This document shows, piece after piece, positions 53,184 to 62,488 of a stretch of DNA of 64,000 nucleotides (its first letter is position 1; every line of letters begins with the position of its first letter). The stretch comes from an uncultured Parachlamydiaceae bacterium (GTDB lineage: Bacteria; Chlamydiota; Chlamydiia; Chlamydiales; Parachlamydiaceae). Position numbers and translations under genes: made by a program. The stretch lies in contig CAVVXH010000010.1 in assembly GCA_963752155.1 (NCBI GenBank), positions 320,001-384,000 of the forward strand, read 5' to 3'. Under the pieces are notes generated by a model. That model did no database searches. It saw only the letters and a list, made by a program, of their open reading frames with translations, and was not told the origin of the DNA.

Positions 53184-54377
53184 ATGGGGAATTTTCAGAA
53201 ATATCTCTTTGCAGCACTAGCGCTCGCTTTAACTGTGGGGGCTTATTTTTTTTATCTAATTATTCAAAACTCTTCTTCGTCTCCAGTATTACCTCCAATC
53301 GAGACACAACCAAAAATAAATGAAATTACAATTGGATGGATCGGCCCTTTAACAGGCCCTGCAAGATCATTGGGAATAGATAATTTCAATGCAGTTAATC
53401 TCGGGCTTTGGCAGTATGATCTAAAAAAAAATAAGGAAGATCCTAAAATCCATTTTGTTTATGCCAATGATGAATATAATCCTCAAAAAACAGTAAAAGA
53501 ATATAAGAAGATGGTTATGGCATATAATCCACAGATTATTTTCGTAAGTAGTTATTCCGGATTAAAAAAGATTGCAGATTATGCATTAAATGATAATGTG
53601 ATTATTATTAATCCGATCGATAACGATTTAAATTTAGCAAATATTAATAAAAATATTTTCCTTATCGGTAAAGAGACTGAGTCTCTGACTGTCATTGATG
53701 CAGAATCTATATTAGCTCAAGGTTTACAAAAAACAGCTGTTTTTTATTATTCTGATGATGATTTTATGCCTTATTCGGCTTATTCATTGAAAAAAATCCT
53801 TCAAAATGCAGGTAAGAAAGTTTATTTATATAAATATTCGAGAGGTACGAAAGATTTTTATAAATTTTTAGAAGAAGCTAAAGCAAATCATGTTGATTCC
53901 TATGCTTTTTTCGGTTATTTCGAAATTGGATATGCTATGGAGCAGGCCAGGAAATTAGGAATTACCGCTCCTTTTTTTTCTTTAAATTTGATTACAGATC
54001 CAACTTTTCAAGAAACATCAGGGGGAGCTGTAAATGGGACCTATTTTGCACATTTTACAAGTTTAGATGGAAATAGAGAGATAGCTGCACAGTTTCTTAA
54101 AGACTATCAAGAAAAATACCAAGAAACCCCTCTCGTCGAATGGACTGCTATGCAAGCCTACGACGCTATCAATATCGTCATTGATGCGATCCTCCAAGCC
54201 AAAAAATTTAATGGAGACCTGACGGATAATCTTCGCAAAGCTTTATTCAATGTCAGAGATTTTGAAGGGACTTCAGGAAACATTTCAATAGGCCAAAATG
54301 GTGCAAGCTCGGGCATCTATCCTGCTATGTACATTCTAAAAAATGGCAAATCAATAAAAATGGAAAAAAATAAGTGA
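53184..54377 (+). CDS. Type 1 periplasmic binding protein (Liv/branched-chain amino acid-like), membrane anchored
   Basis: N-terminal TM, IGWIGPLTG, D.YNP, YDA, F.G.SG.I. Confidence 0.88.
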   Translation: MGNFQKYLFAALALALTVGAYFFYLIIQNSSSSPVLPPIETQPKINEITIGWIGPLTGPARSLGIDNFNAVNLGLWQYDLKKNKEDPKIHFVYANDEYNPQKTVKEYKKMVMAYNPQIIFVSSYSGLKKIADYALNDNVIIINPIDNDLNLANINKNIFLIGKETESLTVIDAESILAQGLQKTAVFYYSDDDFMPYSAYSLKKILQNAGKKVYLYKYSRGTKDFYKFLEEAKANHVDSYAFFGYFEIGYAMEQARKLGITAPFFSLNLITDPTFQETSGGAVNGTYFAHFTSLDGNREIAAQFLKDYQEKYQETPLVEWTAMQAYDAINIVIDAILQAKKFNGDLTDNLRKALFNVRDFEGTSGNISIGQNGASSGIYPAMYILKNGKSIKMEKNK

Positions 54378-55576
54378 AAAAGATCTCTTTTTATGTATTT
54401 ATCACTTTAATCATTTTGTTGCTTATATCTTACTTTGCTTACATCTATTTTTTAGGAAGCGTTATGCTTTCTCCTCGAGTTGAAAGTGAAAGAGTTAAGG
54501 AGGTGACAATCGGGTGGATTGGACCTTTAACGGGCCCTTTAAGATTTTTAGGAAGTGATAATCTTAAAGCTGTAAAGTTAGCATTGTTGCAATATGGACT
54601 CAGTAAGGAAAAAAATGATCCGGAAATAAAATTTGTTATTGCAGATGATCGATACAATCCTCTTCGCACTGAAGCGGAATATAGAAAGATGATGGATACT
54701 TACCATCCGGTGCTGATATTTGTGACCGGATATACAGGGATGAAAACTGTTGCACAATATGCCATAGCTGATTCTGTGCTCATCGTTAATCCAATCGATA
54801 ATGATGCAAATTTGGCAAATCTTAACCAAAATATTTTTCTGATTGGCAAAGAAACTGAAACCCTTGCTGTCATCGACGCAGATTCAATTATTTCTCAGGG
54901 AAGACAACATCCAGCTCTAATTTATAAAAGCGATGATGAGTTTATGCGTATTTTGGCGGATACGTTTATAAATATTCTTAAGTATTCTGGTAAAGAAGTA
55001 CTTGTTTATCCGTATCAAGATGGAAGAACAGATTTTCAGGATTTTTTTAAAGAGGCAGAATCGAAAGAAGCAGATGCCTATGTTTTTTTCGGCTATGAAG
55101 AAGTGGGTTTTGCGATGAAGCAGGCACGCGAAATGGGGATCAAAGATCCATTTTATTCTGTAAATTTGATTCCAGACCCTGCTTTTCAAGAGAATTCCAA
55201 GGGTGCTGTCAATGGGACTTTTTTCGCATTCTTCACCCCCATAAATGGTAACAAAGCGCAAGCCGAAGAATTTTTTAGGCAATTTAAACAAAGATTTCGA
55301 GAAAGACCTTCGATCGAATGGACCGCCATGCAAAGTTATGATGCGATCAATATCGTCATTGATGCAATTAAAATCAGTGCTGGAAAAAAAGGAAATTTTA
55401 TCAATCATTTGCGTAGTGAATTGTTAAATATTTCCGATTATAGCGGTGTCTCTGGAGATATTACTATTAGACCGAATGGTTCAAGCGAGGGTATTTACCC
55501 TAGCTTATATATTTTAGATAATGGAAAAGCAATTCCTGCTGAAACGTATCCAGTTACAGGGAAAGGGAATCACTAG
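54374..55576 (+). CDS. Type 1 periplasmic binding protein, paralog of 53184-54377
   Basis: Shared IGWIGPLTGP, NPIDND.NLAN.N.NIFLIGKETE, EWTAMQ.YDAINIVIDAI, GIYP. Confidence 0.88.
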   Translation: MKKISFYVFITLIILLLISYFAYIYFLGSVMLSPRVESERVKEVTIGWIGPLTGPLRFLGSDNLKAVKLALLQYGLSKEKNDPEIKFVIADDRYNPLRTEAEYRKMMDTYHPVLIFVTGYTGMKTVAQYAIADSVLIVNPIDNDANLANLNQNIFLIGKETETLAVIDADSIISQGRQHPALIYKSDDEFMRILADTFINILKYSGKEVLVYPYQDGRTDFQDFFKEAESKEADAYVFFGYEEVGFAMKQAREMGIKDPFYSVNLIPDPAFQENSKGAVNGTFFAFFTPINGNKAQAEEFFRQFKQRFRERPSIEWTAMQSYDAINIVIDAIKISAGKKGNFINHLRSELLNISDYSGVSGDITIRPNGSSEGIYPSLYILDNGKAIPAETYPVTGKGNH

Positions 55577-55578
55577 GA

Positions 55579-57702
55579 ATGCAAGGATTTAAAACCTCCC
55601 ATAAATTGATATTCGGATTTCTTGCTGCTGCAATTATTCCTGTTATAGTTGTCATTCTAGCAAATTTGTTGTTATTAAGAATTGAAGAAAAGGCCATCTT
55701 AGATCTTTATCTCAATCAGTCTAGAGATGTCATCGACTCTGCAGAGATAAAGCTAGAGGCTTTTTTTAAAAAGATAAATAGGTCAATAAGATTGCTTCAA
55801 TCCGATCCTGAACTTGTTTCTCAATTCGAACAAATTAAAAGCCTCAGTGGAAGTAATATCGGTTCGCCGGAATATCAAAAATCAAAAAATGAATTAAATG
55901 CTGTTTTGCAAACTTTACAACGCAGTGAGGGGCTTAGTGACATCTTTTTAACTGGTAAAGATGGTATTATTTATTATGCAAGTAATTCTGCTCATTTCTG
56001 GGAGTATTTAGGGAAATCGTTAGAAAAAATTATGGGACTCAATTTACCGAGCTCTTCTTCTATTTACACCTCGGAGATATTTAAAGATCCTATTAAAGGG
56101 AATTATCAAGTTCTTGTTGCAGCGCCTTTGTTAAATGGAGAAGAAGAAGTTGAAGGGATGATGTTTATTGAACTCCCCATGGCAACTGTTTATCAATTTT
56201 TTCTTGAATCGCATGGTCCTGGCCAATCGACTGAAATTATTCTCGCAAAGAAATCTAAAGAAGATACTTTACTCGCAGCTTCTCCTCTTGATTATGATTA
56301 CAATGCGATCTTGAATAAAACAATTCTTCATGGAAAAGCTTCTAAAATCATGCGGGAACATTTAGATGATTTTGGATACGGAAAAGCAATCAATTACAAA
56401 GATAATGAAGTTTTGTACTTTTGGAAAAAAATATCTGATTTAGATCAATATCTATTTGTAACAACAAATATTAATGAAATGTTTTCAAATATTAAAAATC
56501 TAGAAAAGTTTATTTACTTTACAACGTTAACTTTCGGTGTTTTGTTTACATTATTTGCGATATTTTTGGCAAAAATTATTACTAAGCCTTTATTAAAATT
56601 GGTCAATAGTGTGAAAAAAACGACTCCAGGACAATTATCAGCAAAGATTGATCCGGAATTACTCGAATACAAAGATGAAATTGGTGCACTGGCTTACGCT
56701 TTTAAAGACAAAAACGAACAGCTGGATAAATATTTTATGGAATTAAAGGATGCAGAGCAGCAGCTCGTTATTTCGGAGAAAATGGCAGCATTGGGAAATT
56801 TAGTCGCAGGGATTGCGCATGAAGTGAATACACCCCTTGGAGCCATCAATGCCTCCATTTCAAATATCACGACATCCCTACAGTATGTTGCCAAGAACTT
56901 GCCTAAAGTGTTGATGGAATTTTCTACAAAAGAAAAAATGAACGATTTCTTTCAGTTATTGGATCGATCTTCAGAAAGTCGGAGTTCTTTACCCTCTCGT
57001 GAAGAAAGACTTGCTTTAGAAAAATCTTTAAAAACAATGGGAGTAAAGCATTATGAAAATGCGGCAGAGATGTTAACTGATATGGGTATCAAGGAAAATG
57101 TGGAACCCTTTTTACCTTTAATTCAGAAAGATTTGGATTTACTCCAATTTGCTTATCATTTTTCCTCGATGGAGAAAAATGGGAGTACGATGTCTGATGG
57201 TATTAAACAAGCATCGCGAATTATTTATGCATTGAAAAGTTATGCTCACTTTGAAGTGGAAGGGAAAAAAAGCCAAGAAAACATAAAAGAGGGTATAGAA
57301 ACGGTTTTAACGTTGTATCAAAATAAATTTAAGTTTGGAATTAACGTTGTAAGAAATTATTTTGAAACACCTTTAATTTATTGTCATCCAGATGAATTGA
57401 ATCAAGTGTGGACAAATCTTATTCAAAATGCTGTGGATGCGATGGATAATAAGGGGACATTGACGATAGATCTTTTTCAAAAGGGAGATTTTGTCGTTGT
57501 GAGTTTTACAGATACTGGAAGCGGAATTCTTGAAAAGATTAAGCACCGTATTTTTGATCCTTTTTTTACCACAAAACCTAGTGGCCAGGGGAGTGGCATT
57601 GGTCTCAGCGTTGTGAAAAAAATTGTAGATAAGCACGGCGGAAAAATTATTGTGGATAGTACGCCAGGGAAGACAACATTTAGTATTTATTTGCCGGTGT
57701 AG
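55579..57702 (+). CDS. Sensor histidine kinase (TM-Cache-TM-HAMP-HisKA-HATPase)
   Basis: Two TM helices flanking a Cache-like region; ITKPL..L/DEIG.LA HAMP; AHEVNTPL; NQVWTNLIQNA; DTGSGI; FDPFFTTK; GSGIGL. Confidence 0.93.
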   Translation: MQGFKTSHKLIFGFLAAAIIPVIVVILANLLLLRIEEKAILDLYLNQSRDVIDSAEIKLEAFFKKINRSIRLLQSDPELVSQFEQIKSLSGSNIGSPEYQKSKNELNAVLQTLQRSEGLSDIFLTGKDGIIYYASNSAHFWEYLGKSLEKIMGLNLPSSSSIYTSEIFKDPIKGNYQVLVAAPLLNGEEEVEGMMFIELPMATVYQFFLESHGPGQSTEIILAKKSKEDTLLAASPLDYDYNAILNKTILHGKASKIMREHLDDFGYGKAINYKDNEVLYFWKKISDLDQYLFVTTNINEMFSNIKNLEKFIYFTTLTFGVLFTLFAIFLAKIITKPLLKLVNSVKKTTPGQLSAKIDPELLEYKDEIGALAYAFKDKNEQLDKYFMELKDAEQQLVISEKMAALGNLVAGIAHEVNTPLGAINASISNITTSLQYVAKNLPKVLMEFSTKEKMNDFFQLLDRSSESRSSLPSREERLALEKSLKTMGVKHYENAAEMLTDMGIKENVEPFLPLIQKDLDLLQFAYHFSSMEKNGSTMSDGIKQASRIIYALKSYAHFEVEGKKSQENIKEGIETVLTLYQNKFKFGINVVRNYFETPLIYCHPDELNQVWTNLIQNAVDAMDNKGTLTIDLFQKGDFVVVSFTDTGSGILEKIKHRIFDPFFTTKPSGQGSGIGLSVVKKIVDKHGGKIIVDSTPGKTTFSIYLPV

Positions 57703-57768
57703 ATGGCATAGATTATGAATATGAATTCATATAGTTAATGAGGCGTAATTAAATTTAGATTTTAATAA

Positions 57769-57796
57769 TTGAAAATAATATTTGTAATGTTATAAT
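57769..57796 (+). promoter_or_regulatory. Putative extended -10 sigma66 promoter
   Basis: TTGAAA (57769-57774), 16-nt spacer containing TG, TATAAT (57791-57796). Confidence 0.5.
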
Positions 57797-57843
57797 TAAG
57801 TAAAGGATAAATAGATAAATCTCTTATTTGGAGGTGTACTGTT

Positions 57844-58647
57844 ATGGATCCAAAAATATTTGCTATGATGCATGGTGAGAAAAGTCAGACTTCACAAAAA
57901 AAAGAGGAAATTCTCTCTAAAGAAAAAGAAGTTGAAAAAGAGAAAGATCGTTATGAGATTGCCCGTGATAAATACATTAAAGAGCAAGTAGATGTTCTCA
58001 TGCAAGAAGGAAATCCTAACAATAAATTGCTTTCTTCAGAATTAAGACGTGAAAAGCTCGAACAAGAATTGCGTAATACTCTTGATTCAACAGAAGTTGA
58101 AGGTTTTCTTCTCGACGCTGTAAAAATTGTGCATAGTCAAGGGAAGCAATACCTCGATGAAAAAAGTTATACTGCTTTAATTGAAGAATTGAATCAAGTT
58201 CGTGATCGACTTGAAGTGATCGATTTAGAAAATTTGGATGAAGAAAAACTTAGAGAAGCTTTTAGTATTTCTCCGGAGGGACAGTCATCGATCCTTAAGA
58301 TAGCTATTGCAAAATTTAATGAAGGACTTTTATCCGAGGCTTTATCCATTTTTACGTTTCTATCGAATCTTGATTTTTCTAATTATGATTATGCTTATCG
58401 TCTTGGTCTTATTGCCCAACAGAATGGAAGGAATGATCTGGCCTTACAAGCCTTTACTGAAGTATCGCAGTTAAATCCTGAATTTATTGGATCTCATCTT
58501 TTTGCAGCTCAATGTTATCTCGATATGCATGAGCGTGAAAACGCTATAAAAGAGCTGTCAGAAGCTAAAGAACTTCTTAAGTCAACTGAAGGGGGAGAAG
58601 AATGGCGCGAGTTAATTGTTAATTTTGAACAATTGCTAGCAGCTTAA
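57844..58647 (+). CDS. TPR protein, SycD/LcrH class II T3SS chaperone-like C-terminal half
   Basis: A...FNEG..SEA..IF.FL..LD....DY...LG...Q......A...F......P......AAQCY pattern. Confidence 0.65.
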   Translation: MDPKIFAMMHGEKSQTSQKKEEILSKEKEVEKEKDRYEIARDKYIKEQVDVLMQEGNPNNKLLSSELRREKLEQELRNTLDSTEVEGFLLDAVKIVHSQGKQYLDEKSYTALIEELNQVRDRLEVIDLENLDEEKLREAFSISPEGQSSILKIAIAKFNEGLLSEALSIFTFLSNLDFSNYDYAYRLGLIAQQNGRNDLALQAFTEVSQLNPEFIGSHLFAAQCYLDMHERENAIKELSEAKELLKSTEGGEEWRELIVNFEQLLAA

Positions 58648-58672
58648 TAATAATTTTAAAAGGAGAAATTTT

Positions 58673-59026
58673 ATGAGCGGTATTCAAGAATCAGGTCGTC
58701 TGCCACCCAAGTCCGAGCTAACTGAAAAAGAATCTACAGCGATGAAGACTTATGCGGATCTAAAAAGTTTGAAAGTACAACAGATAACGAATACAGATGT
58801 TAAGTCTTCTGAATCTCCTGGCACGTTTAAAGAGGAAAATTCTTTGCGTTCAATAGGTTTAGCTTCAACGATTTTTAAGACATTAAAGGATGTTTTAGGG
58901 AAAGATAAACCTTCGCCTGAAAAATCATTAAAAACAAATTTGGAAAAGGCGGATGGATTACAAAGAAAATTATATGAAGCGAAGATAGGTAATAAACATT
59001 GGGGTCCTATACCACCTGAAGGATGA
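58673..59026 (+). CDS. Hypothetical protein (possible chaperone client)
   Basis: 117-aa ORF with AGGAG Shine-Dalgarno directly after the TPR gene; S/T/E/K-rich. Confidence 0.6.
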   Translation: MSGIQESGRLPPKSELTEKESTAMKTYADLKSLKVQQITNTDVKSSESPGTFKEENSLRSIGLASTIFKTLKDVLGKDKPSPEKSLKTNLEKADGLQRKLYEAKIGNKHWGPIPPEG

Positions 59027-59101
59027 TGGCACTACTACTACCATCATCATTGTCGTTGTAGATGTACAGCGACAATGATAATGACAGCTTAATAGCTTCT
59101 T

Positions 59102-59314
59102 TTATGCCTTTTTAGATTCTTCGGAAGAGCTCTGATTATCGCATTGAGTTCCTGCAGGGCTATGACAACCTTTCTCGGAAAAGCAGCCACAATTTTTTTC
59201 AACTGTACATTTGCAATCTTGACAACGACAATTCTTTTTAGAGGGTTGGTCAGCTGATAAACAGCTTGCGGCCAATAAGTAGATAGTTGCAAAACTAATA
59301 AATAATTTTTTCAT
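59102..59314 (-). CDS. Small exported cysteine-rich protein
   Basis: GAGGA Shine-Dalgarno, signal peptide MKKLFISFATIYLLAASCLSA, mature part CRCQDCKCTVEKNCGCFSEKGCH...C. Confidence 0.75.
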   Translation of the reverse strand: MKKLFISFATIYLLAASCLSADQPSKKNCRCQDCKCTVEKNCGCFSEKGCHSPAGTQCDNQSSSEESKKA

Positions 59315-59426
59315 GGAAAGAAGTCCTCGTGTTTTTTTTTTATAATAGAGTATTTTGGATTTATTTTAAAGAAGTAAGCTTGGTGCATTTTTTTTATTGA
59401 TCCATTGATGATGGCAGCAGTCCCTC

Positions 59427-59525
59427 AAATTGTAGCTCACGTTGAGTGTAGCCACGTGACCTCCAAGTAGTCTAAAGCACTGCGTGGGATCAATCCACAA
59501 AAAAATTACGCAAACTGTAGCTCAA
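59427..59525. repeat. Family B partial element
   Basis: AAATTGTAGCTCA-CGTTGAGTGTAGCCACGTGACCTCCAAGTAGTCTAAAGCACTGCGTGG matches 13758-13825 and 23719-23785. Confidence 0.7.
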
Positions 59526-60151
59526 CATCTTTTGGTCGTTATGATTCCACGTAGGTTAGATTTTCTTTGCAAAAAAAGTAAGCTCGGAGCATGTTTTTTA
59601 TTGATCCATTGATGATGACAACAATCCCAATGTTCTCTTGGAATTTGGCGGCCATCTCCAAATAGCATTTTCTTCGAAAGGCACTTCCAGGATGCCCAGG
59701 ATAACACGTAATGCTGATTAAACCGCCTGGTGTAATCAATTCCTTAGCACCTTCAAGACTAAGCAAGTTGATTTAGCCGCTGTAGTAAGGGATTTATCCA
59801 CCTCCCGGAAGATACCCAAGATTATAAACAATTAATTTAATGGGTCCAAATTCGCCTGGGAATGCTTCTTTCAAGTGGCGATGAGCATCCCTTTATGTAA
59901 GATAACGCGATTTAAAACTTCTTCAGGGAGTTTATCCTGAAGTAAACTTTGTGTTGCAGACAATGCACAATCTTGGATATCAAAGGCATAAACGTGTCCT
60001 TTTTCAGGATGAGTGTGAATTCGCAAAGCTGTAAAGTGTCGTGTCCATTACCGCAGGTGCAGTCGACACGCAGTCGCCTAGATAGTAATTGTTGTTCCCA
60101 GTACCAATGTGCAAGCTTAAGATGAGATCCGATCTCAAAGTGATTATTCAT
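59522..60151 (-). CDS. Class I SAM-dependent methyltransferase (YtqB/MnmM-like), multiply frameshifted
   Basis: Fragments VDCTCGNGHDT, IVYNLGYL(PGG)DKS, PGGLISITCYPGHP and W...HHQWIN...P are collinear across frames. Confidence 0.8.
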
Positions 60152-60674
60152 TGAGATCCATTATGCAGAGGAATTTAGGTTGAAAGTTCGCTGTAAGATT
60201 GAACTGTTGATGATAGCCTAAAAAGGATGAGAAGAGTTCGCTGAGTTCATCGCCGATACGATCCAGCAATGCATTTTGCTGATTTTCTTCGATGGGGGAA
60301 GGTCGATGGTTAGGTAGATCGATTTTTTCTTGAGCTGAAGCTGATAGGGGATTTCTTTCCCAGGGAATAATTCTTCAAGATAGGTTTTTACATAACTCTG
60401 AATAAGTGCGCTATCGACTGCAACGGTTTGTCCTTTGACTTTTAGATAAAAATATTGGCGACGGGTCCCCAAGAAAATATTGAAGGCAGTTGCGATGCCT
60501 ATCGCAAGCATGCATAACCCAAACAAAAAAATCAAGAAGAGGCTGTTGTGAGATAAGATCAATGGCTAAGTGTTTGCATGCCGCTGGACCAAGGGAGGAT
60601 GACTCCATAAATCCAAAAAGAATGAAAAACAAGGCGATACATAAGGTGATGAGTGAATAGAGGAAATGAGTCAT
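60145..60674 (-). CDS. Membrane protein downstream of asp23 (AmaP-like position), frameshifted; end approximate
   Basis: Overlapping ORFs 60411-60674 and 60218-60562 give two TM helices plus a soluble domain. Confidence 0.55.
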
Positions 60675-60689
60675 CGCTAACCTTTTAAC

Positions 60690-61183
60690 TCAGAATTCGT
60701 CGTTATATTCTTCCCCATTGTGGGCTTCGAGAGGCGTTGGAACTGGATTGCCACTTGGTAATGCGGCCAAAGCTTTCTTCATTTGTTCGTAAGGAATGAC
60801 ATTTTTAAAAATCACATGGACAGATGAAACATGTAATACCAGTGAAACGGGTAATATCTTCACTTACTTTATGTTGAATTTCTTCAGCTTTTTCGGGGAT
60901 GCGGATTCCATAGCAGACGTCGATTTCGAGCTTGATATCGACAGACTGCCGTTTGCTATCTTGTTCCGCAGATAATTCCTTTAATGCTTTCCGGTCCACT
61001 TCGCCCAAGAATGTTATCGATGAAATTACCTTCGAGAAGACTAATGCCTTCGACATTAGCAAGACTTTGGAGGATGATACCTTGCAAGACTTTATTTTCG
61101 ATATCCCGACTAAATGTCGTTTCTGGAATTTCGAATTCTTTGGTATCAAATTTTTTAAGTTCGTTTTTACCTTTGTCGTTCAT
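60690..61183 (-). CDS. Asp23/Gls24 family protein, frameshifted
   Basis: PETTFSRDIENKVLQGI...VEGISLLEG, then EIDVCYGIRIPEKAEEIQ..V...I..FTG in another frame; ends EYNDEF*. Confidence 0.85.
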
Positions 61184-61265
61184 GGCTAATTAGGCTCCTA
61201 TGAAGATTACAAAAATCCCAATGAAGCCTAAACTTCACTGGGATAGACAAAGAGAAAGGACAATT

Positions 61266-61572
61266 TTACCAACTCGCTTTCGTGATACCCGGGAATTAAT
61301 CCTTGGTTAGCCATTTCACGGAAGCAGAGGCGTGAGAGTTTAAATCTTCTTAAATAACCGCGTGATCGGCCTGTGAGTCCACAACGATTGCGAACGCGAA
61401 TGATGCTGGAATCGCGAGGCATTTTATTTAAGGCGACGCGAGCAAGTGCGCGTTCTTCTTCGCTGATATTGAGATCTGCACTACGAGCTTTAAGTGCTTG
61501 CCGTTTTTCCCATTTGGCATTCACAATTCTTTGGCGGCGCTTGTTTTTTTCAATCGATGACTTTTTTGCCAT
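61266..61572 (-). CDS. rpsN: 30S ribosomal protein S14 (long form), one extra base near the 3' end
   Basis: MAKKS...PRDSS..RVRNRC..TGR.RG..R.F.LSRLCFRE.A..G.IPG; canonical ITKASW* lies in the shifted frame. Confidence 0.95.
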
Positions 61573-61581
61573 GCTTTTATC

Positions 61582-61719
61582 CTATTTTTTGCGGGCAGGC
61601 CCTTTTTGGCGCTGTTTGCGGTTGGGATCTTTTTTATTGATGACGTAAAGGCGTCCACACCTACGGACGAGGAGATCGCCCTTTGAAGGGTCTGCTTTTA
61701 CTGATGCGTTAACTTTCAT
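61582..61719 (-). CDS. rpmJ: 50S ribosomal protein L36 (chlamydial zinc-free type)
   Basis: Manual translation [45 protein letters not shown]. Confidence 0.95.
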   Translation of the reverse strand: MKVNASVKADPSKGDLLVRRCGRLYVINKKDPNRKQRQKGPARKK

Positions 61720-61997
61720 ATCTAGTTTCCTAACTTCTCGGCGATTTTTGTTGCCTGGATGAATAATCTCTATTTATAGCGCATCTCATATTTTTCAGCA
61801 AGTGATACTTTTTCTTTCTTGCGATTGTGCTAATTTTCGTGTCCTGTGTGTGTCCAGAAGCACGAAATAATTTTCAAAAAATCGCTAATTTTTTGTGCCC
61901 CGTTGTTTCATCTTTTTTCGGTTGCTTTTTTCACTCAAGATTATGTAAACTGAGATTTATGTATATCAGTTAACCCATTTAAGTAAGGAATATCGCC

Positions 61998-62135
61998 GTG
62001 AAACGTACATATCAAGGAAGCAAACGGTGCCGTAAATCTGTTCATGGCTTTCGAAAAAGAATGCAAACAGCCAATGGCCGCAAAATTATCAATAATCGAC
62101 GTCGTTTAGGGCGTAAGCAACTCACGCGAGTGTGA
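61998..62135 (+). CDS. rpmH: 50S ribosomal protein L34
   Basis: Manual translation from [48 protein letters not shown]. Confidence 0.95.
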   Translation: MKRTYQGSKRCRKSVHGFRKRMQTANGRKIINNRRRLGRKQLTRV

Positions 62136-62488
62136 CGTACACTCAGGTGTCTCATCTTTCGATGTATAGTTTTCCAAAGAAATTGAGACTGCGTTTGCGC
62201 AGGGATTTCTTGCGAATGTCATCCAATTGCAAGCGTTGTAATGGCGCTTATTTTGCAATTGACGTTCGTAAAAATGGTTTGGAGATCACTCGCATAGGGA
62301 TTACAGTTACGCGGCGCTTTGGCGATGCTCATCGTCGCAATCGCTTTAAGCGCCTTGTTCGCGAAGCCTTTCGTTTGTGCCAACATGTGATTGTCAAAGG
62401 GGTCGATCTCAATGTTCGTCCATACCCTCGTCAATTCGAACTCACCTTGCAGCAAGTACAAGATGAACTTCTACGTTTTTTAAAATGA
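62132..62488 (+). CDS. rnpA: Ribonuclease P protein component
   Basis: FPK..RL....DF, RIGITV.RR.G.A..RNR.KR..REAFR; follows rpmH. Start may be ATG 62162. Confidence 0.95.
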   Translation: MTYTQVSHLSMYSFPKKLRLRLRRDFLRMSSNCKRCNGAYFAIDVRKNGLEITRIGITVTRRFGDAHRRNRFKRLVREAFRLCQHVIVKGVDLNVRPYPRQFELTLQQVQDELLRFLK

